A stretch of 38,049 bases of DNA, from the NCBI GenBank assembly GCA_025965635.1, contig JAOPWO010000388.1, positions 1 through 38,049 of the forward strand, read 5' to 3'. The DNA comes from Modestobacter sp. Its GTDB lineage: Bacteria; Actinomycetota; Actinomycetes; Mycobacteriales; Geodermatophilaceae. Positions 18,716 to 27,114 of this stretch are shown here, piece after piece. The position numbers and the translations under genes were made by a program. The stretch's first letter is position 1. Each line of letters begins with the position of its first letter. The notes below the pieces were generated by a model. It was not told the origin of the DNA. It made no database searches and saw only the letters and a program-made list of their open reading frames with translations.

Positions 18716-19057
18716 CACCACCCACCGCCGCGCATGGCAGCACGGCGCCCGATCCGACGATCGGGTCCGGTGACCCCACGCTGCTGCGCACGCCGCTGCT
18801 CGGTAGCCGGCACCGGCAGACCGCCCCGGCACGGGCGCAGGGGTGGATGGCTCCCTGCTGGCCCGGGTGGTCCTGACCGCCGCTGTCGACGAAGTCGCGC
18901 GGCTGGCGCCGACGTGCTGCTCGCGGCACGGATGACGCGGCCGGCCACTGGACCCCGTGGTGCCTTCTCGGCACCTCCCCGCATTCCGCGCAACGACCGC
19001 TGTCCAGCCGACGGGAAGGCTGGCACAGTTCCCGAGGAATCGACGGCCGGAGACACT

Positions 19058-20689
19058 GTGTCGGACCAACTGCCGGACAACGGCACCCCGGCGACCTCGC
19101 ACACGGGGGACCCCCCGGGGCAGATGCGACTGGCCGAGCTGGTGGACGAGCGCCCCGACCGGGGGCACGCCGTGGCGCGCACGCAGGACCGGATGCAGGG
19201 GCTGTTCGACGCGTTCCTCGACGTGTCCACGGGTCTGGACCTGGACGTGACGCTGCGCCACATCGTCGAGGCCGCCGTCGCGTTGATCGACGCGCAGTAC
19301 GGAACACTGGGCCTGCTGGACGCCGATGGGCTGATGATCGGCTTCGTGCACGTCGGTCCCGATCCCCGACCGGCTCCCGAGCCCCGGCCGCCCGTGTCGG
19401 TGGACCGGGAGACGGTCAGCTTCCTGAGCGTGCCCGTCACCAGCCGCGGAGAGATCCTCGGGCACCTCTACCTCACCGCGAAGCGCACGTCGCTGTTCAG
19501 CGCCGAGGACGACACCGTCCTCACCGCACTGGCCAGAGCCGCCGGCATCGCGATCGCCAACGCGCGGCTGTACGAAGGAGCGGAGGTGGGCCGCACCTGG
19601 CTCGCCGCGGTCACCGACGTGCGGACCGCGCTGCTCCAGGGCCGGCCGCCGCAGGACGTCCTGGGCCTCGTGGTCGACCGCGTGGCCGTGCTGACCGGCG
19701 CCGCCGCGACGTTCCTGGTGCACGGCCCGGACGAGAACGGTTCCTACCAGCTCCGCGCGCACACCGGGGCGGCCCTGCAGGACCTCCCGGGGGTTGAACT
19801 GGACGAGCATGCCGGCCCGGTCCTGCGGGCGGTGGCGGAAGCGAGGGACGTCGTGCTGCTGGACATGAGCGGACCGGCGTCCTCCGGCGGTGCGGCGCGG
19901 GCCCGGTGGGGGCCGTGCATCGCTGTGCCGCTGCGCAGCGCGCTCGGTGGCGGGTCGGTCGTCATCGCCCTGCGCACAGCCGGCTCACCGCCCTTCGAGC
20001 CCTCGCTGGCCGCGCTGATCAGTGCCTTCGCCGACCAGACCGCGCTGGCCCTGGACCTGGCCGCCCGCCAGCAGCTGATCCGCCGGTCCGACGTGACCGA
20101 GGACCGCGACCGGATCGCCCGCGACCTGCACGACCACGTCATCCAACGGGTCTTCGCCGCCGGCTTGACCCTGCAGAGCGCCCTTCCTCGCATCGACGAC
20201 GCGGAAGCGGCCACACGGGTCCGCTCGGCGGTGGAACAACTCGACGAGACCGTGCGGGACATCCGCACGACCATCTTCGACCTGCACACCTCCGACAGCG
20301 CCCGCGACGGCCACAGCCTCCGCCGCCGTCTGCTCGACATCGTCACCCAGACAGCCGGCGACCAGCTGCGACCCACGGTCCGGATGTCGGGTGCCGTCGA
20401 CAACCTGGTCACCGGCGACCTCGCCGCCGATGTGGAGGCCGTCGTCCGAGAGGGGGTCAGCAACGCGGTGCGGCACGCCCAGGCAGGCGCGGTGATCGTG
20501 ACGCTCGACGTCGCCGACGACGCCGTGGTGGAGGTCGTCGACAACGGCACGGGCATCGACCCGGCGGCACCCCGCAGCGGGCTGCGGAACCTGGAGGAAC
20601 GAGCTCGCCGCCGAGGGGGCGGCGTCACGGCCGTGTGCCTGGAGGACGGCGGGACGCGCCTGCGCTGGCACGCCCCACTGCAGACCTGA
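19058..20689 (+). CDS. DosS/DevS-like GAF-GAF sensor histidine kinase (HisKA_3 + HATPase)
   Basis: Start GTG 19058. RMQGLFDAFLDVSTGLDLDVTLRHIVEAA, AIANARLYE, H-box DRDRIARDLHDHVIQRVFA, N-box VREGVSNAVRHA, VVDNGTG, SGLRNLEERA. Confidence 0.9.
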   Translation: MSDQLPDNGTPATSHTGDPPGQMRLAELVDERPDRGHAVARTQDRMQGLFDAFLDVSTGLDLDVTLRHIVEAAVALIDAQYGTLGLLDADGLMIGFVHVGPDPRPAPEPRPPVSVDRETVSFLSVPVTSRGEILGHLYLTAKRTSLFSAEDDTVLTALARAAGIAIANARLYEGAEVGRTWLAAVTDVRTALLQGRPPQDVLGLVVDRVAVLTGAAATFLVHGPDENGSYQLRAHTGAALQDLPGVELDEHAGPVLRAVAEARDVVLLDMSGPASSGGAARARWGPCIAVPLRSALGGGSVVIALRTAGSPPFEPSLAALISAFADQTALALDLAARQQLIRRSDVTEDRDRIARDLHDHVIQRVFAAGLTLQSALPRIDDAEAATRVRSAVEQLDETVRDIRTTIFDLHTSDSARDGHSLRRRLLDIVTQTAGDQLRPTVRMSGAVDNLVTGDLAADVEAVVREGVSNAVRHAQAGAVIVTLDVADDAVVEVVDNGTGIDPAAPRSGLRNLEERARRRGGGVTAVCLEDGGTRLRWHAPLQT

Positions 20690-20705
20690 GCCGTTCAGGC
20701 GCCGT

Positions 20706-21386
20706 TCAGCCGCCTGGGGACCGACCCGCCGCGGGGGCCTTCAGCTCGGTGGACAGGATCGCTGCCTGGGTGCGGCGCGCCATGCCGAGCTTGCCCAGCA
20801 GGTGGGACACGTAGTTCTTCACCGTCTTCTCAGCCAGGAACATCCGCTCGCCGATCTGCCGGTTCGTCAGCCCCTCGCCGATGAGCTCCAGGACGGTCCG
20901 CTCCTGGTCGCTGAGTCCGGCCAGCGGCCCCGCAGGCTCGGCGGCCCCCCGCATGCGCGCGAGCACCGCCGCGGTGGCGGCCGGGTCGAGCAACGACCCA
21001 CCGGCCGCGACCGTGCGCACGGCAGTCACCAGGTCCTGGCCGAGCACCTGCTTCAACAGGTAGCCCGCGGCGCCGGCCATGATGGCCTGGAAGAGCGCCT
21101 CGTCATCGCTGTAGCTGGTCAGCATCACGACGCCGAGGTCGGGCAGCTGGGCCCGTAGGTCGCGGCACACCGTGACCCCGTCCCCGTCGGGGAGCCGCAC
21201 GTCGAGGACGGCGACGTCCGGACGAAGCGCCGGGACCCGGCTCATCGCCTCAGCGGCGTTCTTCGCCTCGCCGACCACCGTGATGTCCGGATCGCTGGAC
21301 AGGACGTCGGCGACCCCGCGCCGGACGACCTCGTGGTCGTCGAGCAGGAAGACTCGGATCGCCGACGGCTGGGCGGTGCTGCTCAT
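20706..21386 (-). CDS. devR: DosR/DevR-like NarL-family response regulator
   Basis: ATG 21386 after [20 protein letters not shown], phospho-Asp [21 protein letters not shown], and [41 protein letters not shown], which closely matches the DevR C-terminus. Confidence 0.88.
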   Translation of the reverse strand: MSSTAQPSAIRVFLLDDHEVVRRGVADVLSSDPDITVVGEAKNAAEAMSRVPALRPDVAVLDVRLPDGDGVTVCRDLRAQLPDLGVVMLTSYSDDEALFQAIMAGAAGYLLKQVLGQDLVTAVRTVAAGGSLLDPAATAAVLARMRGAAEPAGPLAGLSDQERTVLELIGEGLTNRQIGERMFLAEKTVKNYVSHLLGKLGMARRTQAAILSTELKAPAAGRSPGG

Positions 21387-21527
21387 GGCGCTCCTCGTCC
21401 GCACGAAGGACCCCCGCCGAGTGCTGGGGCTCGTCACGCGCAGCAACAGAACTCCACGCTAGTCGTGGTCCCGTCTCGAGGAGAACCAGAGCGCAGGCAC
21501 GGTACGCGGGAGATGCTGCCCCCGGAG

Positions 21528-21560
21528 CAGGGACCTTGGCCCCTGCGACCGAAGACCGGT
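21528..21560. promoter_or_regulatory. DosR/DevR-box-like site(s)
   Basis: CAGGGACCTTGGCCCCTG (21528-21545) matches the GGGAC-N4-G(T/C)CCC Dev-box pattern. An adjacent weaker site GCGACCGAAGACCGGT follows. Both lie between the divergent starts of the regulator and the gene at 21625. Confidence 0.7.
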
Positions 21561-21624
21561 GACCCGGGCGCAGCAGGCCAGGAGCGGCCCAGGATGACCG
21601 CGTGACCAGAACCCGACGTCGTCG

Positions 21625-22575
21625 ATGACCGAGCCGACCGCTGCGACCGGAACCGTCGAGCTGCCCGCGGACGAGTCCGGAGTGCGCCACCGGTCCGGTG
21701 ATCGCCCGCTGGCATGCCTGCTCTTCGCCGAGGGTGCCCTGGTTGCGGCCGGCGCCGTGCTGGGCCCCCTCGTCCTCGACGTGCTGCACTACCGGACGTC
21801 GGCATCGGGGCTGGACCAGATCCTCGGCTCCGACCTCGCCGCACTCGCCGTCACGGCGCCGCTCTGCGTCTGGGTCGGCAAGCTGGCCCGGAACGGTCAC
21901 CCGGCGGCGCCCGTGCTCGCCCTGGCGCCCGCCGGGTTCAGCGTCTACATCTGGACCCAGCTCCTGGTGGGCAGCGAGTGGGGCCGGTACCCCGGCAACG
22001 TCGAGTGGTTCTCCCCGCTCCTGCTCGGCATCGTGGGCGTCGGGGCCGCGGTTGCCGTCCGGGCCACCCGCGCGCTGCGCACGCAGCCCGGGCTCCGCTG
22101 GAGCCGGCGGATGGAGCGGGCCACCGGCTTGCTGATGCTGGGCGTGGCCGGCTTCGTCGTCGTGGGCATCCACCTGTCCTCGCTGGTCGACGCACTGCAG
22201 GAGCACCCGGTCAGCGCCGGGCTGCTCACCACGCCCAACGCCTTCTGGGTGGTCAAGGCGATGGACCTCGGCCTCATCGCGCCCGCCTCGCTGCTCATGG
22301 GCATCGGCTTGCTGCGCCGGCGCACGTGGGCGAGGGCCCCGGCTGCCGCCGTGCTGGGCGGGTACGCCCTACTGGGCTGGTCGGTGGCCGCGATGGGTTG
22401 GAGCATGGTGCGCGGCGGCGCCGTGGACGCTTCCCTGGGTCTGGCTGCCGGATCGACGGCCGTCGCGGCGGCCGTGACTGGATACGCCGTGGCCGTCTAC
22501 CGCCCGCTCTTCCGGCGGGCTGCCTCGACATCGGCGCCCCAGGCCGTCCCCGCCGTGCTCAGCGCCGGCCCGTGA
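21625..22575 (+). CDS. Polytopic membrane protein, hypothetical
   Basis: 316 aa, about 8 hydrophobic segments, with LGPLVLDVLHYRTS, QILGSD, YPGNVEWF and FWVVKAMDLG motifs. Confidence 0.78.
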   Translation: MTEPTAATGTVELPADESGVRHRSGDRPLACLLFAEGALVAAGAVLGPLVLDVLHYRTSASGLDQILGSDLAALAVTAPLCVWVGKLARNGHPAAPVLALAPAGFSVYIWTQLLVGSEWGRYPGNVEWFSPLLLGIVGVGAAVAVRATRALRTQPGLRWSRRMERATGLLMLGVAGFVVVGIHLSSLVDALQEHPVSAGLLTTPNAFWVVKAMDLGLIAPASLLMGIGLLRRRTWARAPAAAVLGGYALLGWSVAAMGWSMVRGGAVDASLGLAAGSTAVAAAVTGYAVAVYRPLFRRAASTSAPQAVPAVLSAGP

Positions 22576-22865
22576 CAGGGGCCGTGATCCGCCGCTCGGT
22601 CGTCCTCGGCTCCAGCGTCGCGCCGGACCTTCCCGGCCGAACGGGTACGACGCCCCCGGCACTGCGCCATGCGCGAGGGTGCCGCGTTGCCCGATGGCGC
22701 CATCGCCGTGCATGACCGACGAGCCCACGCCCACGCCCACGTCCGCGGCGGGGCCGTGCTGGCGGTGGTGCGTGGGGTCCGGCTCTCCCGTCCAGGGACC
22801 ACGGGCCGTCCGTGCGGGGTCCGGCGCCCCTGCCGTCGACGCCTTCCGTCGTCCACGGTGGTCCC

Positions 22866-23453
22866 ATGGACGCTGACAGCCGCCAGGGTCGGACGCTCGC
22901 CGCGAGGTTTCGTGCCCACGTCGTGAACCCGGTCGTCCGGGGCCTGCTCCGCTCGCCGGCGCACCGGGTGCTGTCCGGATCGGTGCTGCTCCTCGCATAC
23001 ACCGGCCGCCGATCAGGCGTGCGCCGGGAGCTACCGGCCATCTACGCCGCGCGCGACGGCCGCTTCGTCGTGATCGCCGGGCAGCCGGACACGAAGACGT
23101 GGTGGCGCAACTTCGCTGACGACGTGCGACCGGTGACCGTGACCGTGGCCGGCCGGCGCCATGACTGCGCGGCCCAACTCCTGGAGCCGGGCACCGCTGA
23201 GCACCAGCTGGCTCTCGACACCTACCGGCAGCGGTACCCCCGCGTACCCGTCGTCGACGGGACCCCGGTGCTCGTCCTCACCCCTGTCCCCGCAGGCAGC
23301 GCCGGACCACAGACCTTGGTCACTCGCGGAGAGACCGACGTCCCGATCGCCGGAGGTCAGCCGGCGGGTGCCCGGGGCGCCCCTCGAGTCGCTCCAGGCT
23401 CGTTCGTACCGGGACCGAAGTCGTCGCCCACGGGGTCTGCTGCACCCACCTGA
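22866..23453 (+). CDS. Deazaflavin (F420)-dependent nitroreductase-like split-barrel protein
   Basis: ATG 22866. VNPVVRGLLRSPAH, LLLAYTGRRSG and KTWWRNF motifs fit the DUF385/F420H2-dependent family. The low-complexity tail overlaps the convergent gene. Confidence 0.75.
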   Translation: MDADSRQGRTLAARFRAHVVNPVVRGLLRSPAHRVLSGSVLLLAYTGRRSGVRRELPAIYAARDGRFVVIAGQPDTKTWWRNFADDVRPVTVTVAGRRHDCAAQLLEPGTAEHQLALDTYRQRYPRVPVVDGTPVLVLTPVPAGSAGPQTLVTRGETDVPIAGGQPAGARGAPRVAPGSFVPGPKSSPTGSAAPT

Positions 23454-23842
23454 CGGTGGATGCAGCGGACCAGAGCTCGGACCTCGCTGATGAGCTGCTC
23501 GCTGTCGGTGTCCGCGGCGTAGTCGTGGGCCGCCAGTTCCGAGGAGATCTGGTCCGCGCGCCGGGCGGCGATGAGCAGGATGGCGCCCTGCATCGCAGCC
23601 AGGCAGCTGAGGATGAGGTTGAGCAGGATGAACGGGTAGGGATCGAACCCGCTGCCGCCGTTGCCGACCATCCAACCGGCCAGGAAGACCAACGCCGCGA
23701 GGACGAAGGTCCACGAGCCCATCCCGTTGCGCAGCCGGTCAGCGGCGCGCTCGCCGAGGGTCAGCTGGGCGCCACTCCTCAGGCCTGGATGACGCCGCGA
23801 GGTCGAGCGGGGACTGCGACGGTGAGCAGGAGCAACGGTCAT
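23357..23842 (-). CDS. DUF1003 domain-containing membrane protein
   Basis: ATG 23842. LTLGERAADRLRNGMGSWTFV, FDPYPFILLNLILSCLAAMQGAILLIAARRAD. Confidence 0.88.
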   Translation of the reverse strand: MTVAPAHRRSPRSTSRRHPGLRSGAQLTLGERAADRLRNGMGSWTFVLAALVFLAGWMVGNGGSGFDPYPFILLNLILSCLAAMQGAILLIAARRADQISSELAAHDYAADTDSEQLISEVRALVRCIHRQVGAADPVGDDFGPGTNEPGATRGAPRAPAG

Positions 23843-23905
23843 GCCCCGCACGGTAGGACGACTCGGCGAGCCCGTCGGGGTGGTGCCGCCACCACCCGGT
23901 CGGTC

Positions 23906-23923
23906 CGGGGACGAAGGTCCCGT
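23906..23923. promoter_or_regulatory. DosR/DevR-box-like site
   Basis: CGGGGACGAAGGTCCCGT (GGGAC-N4-GTCCC palindrome) in the divergent gap between DUF1003 and the flavodoxin gene. Confidence 0.65.
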
Positions 23924-24049
23924 CGGCGAGGTTCCCACTACCCCCACCACCGAGGCCCGCGGCCGGTGGTGCGGCGGGGTCCGGTCGAGCACCGTCGGTT
24001 CCATGAGCGGATGCGACGTGGGGCGGCGCGCGACGGGCCGGGTGCCCCA

Positions 24050-24592
24050 GTGAGCGGGGAGCGGCTCCGGGTGCTCGTGACCTGGGCCAGCAAGCACGGG
24101 TCGACCGGCGAGATCGCGGCGGCCGTGGCGCGCGGCCTCCAGGCGTGTGACCCAGGCCGGGCCCGCGGCCTGATGGCGAGCGCCGTGCCCGTGGAGCAGC
24201 AGCCGGACCCGGCCGGGTTCGACGCTGTCGTGCTGGGCAGTGCCGTCTACGTCGGCCGATGGCGTGAAGAGGCCCGCCACTATGCGGCCGAGCACACCAC
24301 GGCACTGCGCAGCCGGCCGGTGTGGTTGTTCTCCAGCGGGCCCATCGGTGAACCGCCGTTCCCGTCGGACGAGCCGTACGACGCCGAACCCCTGAGCCAA
24401 CTCGTCGCAGCCCGCGGGCACCGGGTCTTCCCCGGACGCCTGGACAAACAGCTGCTGACGTTCGGCGAACGGGCGATGGTGACTGCCATGCGGGCACCGG
24501 TCGGCGATTCGCGTGATTGGGCTGCGGTGGCGTCCTGGGCGCAGGAGATCGCCGTCGCACTGTCCATGGATCGGACGGGGCCCCGCTCGTGA
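24050..24592 (+). CDS. Flavodoxin-domain protein (HemG-like, menaquinone-dependent protoporphyrinogen oxidase family)
   Basis: Start GTG 24050. VLVTWASKHGSTGEIA (FMN P-loop), FDAVVLGSAVYVGRW, VWLFSSGP, HRVFPGRLD, GDSRDW...WAQEIA. Confidence 0.88.
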   Translation: MSGERLRVLVTWASKHGSTGEIAAAVARGLQACDPGRARGLMASAVPVEQQPDPAGFDAVVLGSAVYVGRWREEARHYAAEHTTALRSRPVWLFSSGPIGEPPFPSDEPYDAEPLSQLVAARGHRVFPGRLDKQLLTFGERAMVTAMRAPVGDSRDWAAVASWAQEIAVALSMDRTGPRS

Positions 24593-24613
24593 GCACGGCG
24601 CAGAGGACGACGC

Positions 24614-25033
24614 ATGTCCACCGCTGAGCAGGAGCGCCTCCTCCACGTGCTCGACGTGGCGGAATGCCGGCGACTGCTCGCGACTGCGGCCATCGGCCGC
24701 ATCGCCTTCACCGAATCGGCGATGCCGTCGATCCAGCCCGCCGCCTTCGCGATCAGCGGGGAGGACGTCGTCATCCCGACCGGCCTGGGCAGCAAGATGG
24801 CCGCGGGCAGCCGGGGCGCCGTGGTGGCCTTCGAGGTCGACGACTACGACGTGTTCGAGCGGACCGGGTGGAACGTCACCGTCATCGGCCCTTCCCGGTT
24901 GATCAGCGCCCGCAGCCAGGTAGCCGCGCTGGACGCCCTGGGCGTCCTGCCGTGGGCCCCCGCGACGACGCACTGCTACATCGCCGTCCACATGGCGGTG
25001 GTGCGCGGTCGCCGGATCTCACCGCCCGACTGA
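24614..25033 (+). CDS. Pyridoxamine 5'-phosphate oxidase-like FMN-binding split-barrel protein
   Basis: LDVAECRRLLATAAIGRIAF, VIPTGLGSK, VVAFEVDD and GWNVTVIG motifs. GAGGA RBS. Confidence 0.87.
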   Translation: MSTAEQERLLHVLDVAECRRLLATAAIGRIAFTESAMPSIQPAAFAISGEDVVIPTGLGSKMAAGSRGAVVAFEVDDYDVFERTGWNVTVIGPSRLISARSQVAALDALGVLPWAPATTHCYIAVHMAVVRGRRISPPD

Positions 25034-25095
25034 GTTCCCATCACCGGTCTGACGGCCACCCTGGCCGAGCCCTGTCAGCAAAGTGAGGAGTTCCT

Positions 25096-25560
25096 GTGCA
25101 GGTGAGCGACGTGATGACCTCCGAGGTGGTCACCGTGGGACCCGAGACCTCGGTCGAGGACGCCGCCGAGCTGATGGTCGCCGGGGGCTTCGCCGCCCTT
25201 CCCGTGGTCGATGGTCGCGGCAGGGTGGTCGGGATCGTCGCAGGGGCCGACGTCCGGCATGATCGGCTGCCCGACGACCCCCTCCGCCACGTGCGCCGGA
25301 CCGGCCCGGGCGGCGCAACGGCCCCGCCGACGCTGGTCGGTGCAGTGATGAGGCGAGCGGTCCGCTCGGTGGAGCCGACCGCTGACCTCGCCGACGTCGC
25401 GCGACTGGTCGTGGACAACGCGCTGCGCAGCGTGCCCGTGGTCCACGACCAGACCATGGTCGGCATCCTCAGCCGAGGAGACGTCCTGCGCGCGCTCGTG
25501 CAGTCCGACGAGTCGATCCGCAGCGACGTCGCCGAACGCGTCGAGCACTGCACCGGAGAG
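25096..25560 (+). CDS. CBS-pair domain protein; C-terminus appears truncated and reads through into the next gene
   Basis: GTG 25096 after GAGGAG. VSDVMTSEVVTV, ALPVVDGRGRVVGIV, VGAVMRR, SVPVVHDQTMVGILSRGDVL. Then DESIRSDV (BON-like start), after which similarity is lost. No stop before 26796, so the end coordinate is the approximate domain end. Confidence 0.7.
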
Positions 25561-25701
25561 GTGGGTGCGCCGCGGCCCCTCGCTCTCCCCGTTGGCGGCA
25601 TCGTCGCGGTCCGGGTGCCGCCGATGCTGCCCCACGGCCGGCGCGCGAGCGCCACCGCCACGTCCCCAGGAGCTCTCCTGACTCCTGCGCGCACCGATCG
25701 G

Positions 25702-26796
25702 ATGACCGGTGCTCTCCACCCGACGACCACGGAGCCGCTGCGGTGGGCGCCGCCGCGGCCGACGCCGGCCGGTCTGGTCCGGCAGGTGCGCGACGTGGTC
25801 GCCGACGCGCCGCGTTTCCTCACTGCGCCGGTGCTGCGGAGCTGGCACCTCCGCTGGGGTGCCAGCCCGGCGGAGGTCACCGGGCCGATGCCGGGTGACG
25901 ACCTGTTCCCCCGGGCGCAGTACCGCTGCACCCGCGCGATCACCATCGCCGCGTCACCGGAGGAGGTGTGGCCCTGGCTGGTCCAGGTCGGCTGCCTGCG
26001 GGCCGGCTGGTACGCCGACGACCTCCTCGACAACGTGGCCCACCCCAGCGCCCGGCAGATCGTCCCCCAGCTCCAGGACCTGCAGGTGGGGCGGTGGTTG
26101 CCGATGGCCCCCACGCCGTCGGCGTCCTCGGCGTTCGTCGTGGACAGCGTCGAGGCTCCGCGCTGGATGCTGTGGCGCACGCCGAGCAGCAGTTGGGCCT
26201 GGCGACTGGTCCCACTGCCCGACGGTAGGACGAGGCTGATCACCCGGCTGCACGCGGTCTACGACTGGCGGCGGGCCAGCACCGCGCTCTGGATGCCGCT
26301 GATGGAGCTGGGCGACTTCCCGATGATGCGACGGATGCTGCGCGGGATCCGGGAGCGGGCCGAGGCCGAGCACCGCCGACTGGTCCCCCCACCGGTCGAC
26401 GCCGGACGGCTCGCGCTGATCCGCGGCGTCCACACCGCAGCCTGGTTCTCGATCGAGTCCTGCGTGGCGTACCTGCTGTGGTCCGGCGCGGTCGGCCGCA
26501 GCGACCGGCGGGCCGCCGCGGCCGCGGCGGTCGTCGCCGGTGAGTGCCTGGTCTTCACGGCCGACGGGTTCCGCTGTCCCATGACCGGGCTGGCCGAGGC
26601 CGCCGGCGCTCGCAGCGGATCGGTCACCGACATCTACCTGCCGACCCGGCTCGCCGAGAACCTGCCGGCGATCCACCTGCCGCTGCTGGCACTGATCGGC
26701 TGGCTGCACTGGCGGACCGTCCGCCGCAGATCTGGAGTCGGCCCGCTCCGGTGGACACCCCGAGCTCGGGCACCACGCCCGAGGACGGGGTCCTGA
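25702..26796 (+). CDS. SRPBCC-like protein with C-terminal membrane domain (same frame as the CBS gene)
   Basis: ATG 25702. WHLRWGASPAEV..PMPGDDL, TRAITIAASPEEVWPWLVQVG..RAGWY, WAWRL, DFPMMRRMLRGIRERAE, then membrane segment IRGVHTAAWF...FRCPMTGLAE...DIYLP. Confidence 0.7.
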   Translation: MTGALHPTTTEPLRWAPPRPTPAGLVRQVRDVVADAPRFLTAPVLRSWHLRWGASPAEVTGPMPGDDLFPRAQYRCTRAITIAASPEEVWPWLVQVGCLRAGWYADDLLDNVAHPSARQIVPQLQDLQVGRWLPMAPTPSASSAFVVDSVEAPRWMLWRTPSSSWAWRLVPLPDGRTRLITRLHAVYDWRRASTALWMPLMELGDFPMMRRMLRGIRERAEAEHRRLVPPPVDAGRLALIRGVHTAAWFSIESCVAYLLWSGAVGRSDRRAAAAAAVVAGECLVFTADGFRCPMTGLAEAAGARSGSVTDIYLPTRLAENLPAIHLPLLALIGWLHWRTVRRRSGVGPLRWTPRARAPRPRTGS

Positions 26797-26865
26797 TGGG
26801 CCGACCGGGCACGTACCCGCCGGAGTTCCGGGAGCAGGCCGCTCGGCCCGTGGAAGACGTGGGCG
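26733..26865 (+). mobile_element. IS3-family left end with truncated OrfA
   Basis: TG-initiated IR-like sequence TGGAGTCGGCCCGCTCCGGTGGACACC (26733-26759), then ATG 26796 encoding MGRPGTYPPEFREQAARPV, which matches the IS3 OrfA N-terminal pattern (YxxEF(K/R)xxAxxLV). Confidence 0.65.
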
Positions 26866-26873
26866 CCCAGATC

Positions 26874-26903
26874 GAACCGCCCCGGCGCGTCCGGGGCGGT
26901 TCA
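26874..26903. mobile_element. Collapsed IS6110-like (IS3 family) element: two terminal IRs joined head to head
   Basis: GAACCGCCCCGG-CGCGT-CCGGGGCGGTTC-A. The arms match the outer ends of the IS6110-type terminal repeats (TGAACCGCCCCGG...CCGGGGCGGTTCA). Confidence 0.65.
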
Positions 26904-27114
26904 CACCACATGGCGTCGGCGTGCCGTCACGTCGTGCGCCTCCGCCGGCGATGTCCGACCGCAGTTGCCGGTGGACACCGACGGCGCCGCGGGTGACCAG
27001 CAATCGCGCGAGGCCCCGGGTGGGCCGTGGACGCGCCCGGCGCCGAGCACCGCTCAGGCGCAGGCGGTCTCCCCCACGGGGTGCTGCGGCGGGTGGACGA
27101 ACCACCCCGCCGCC

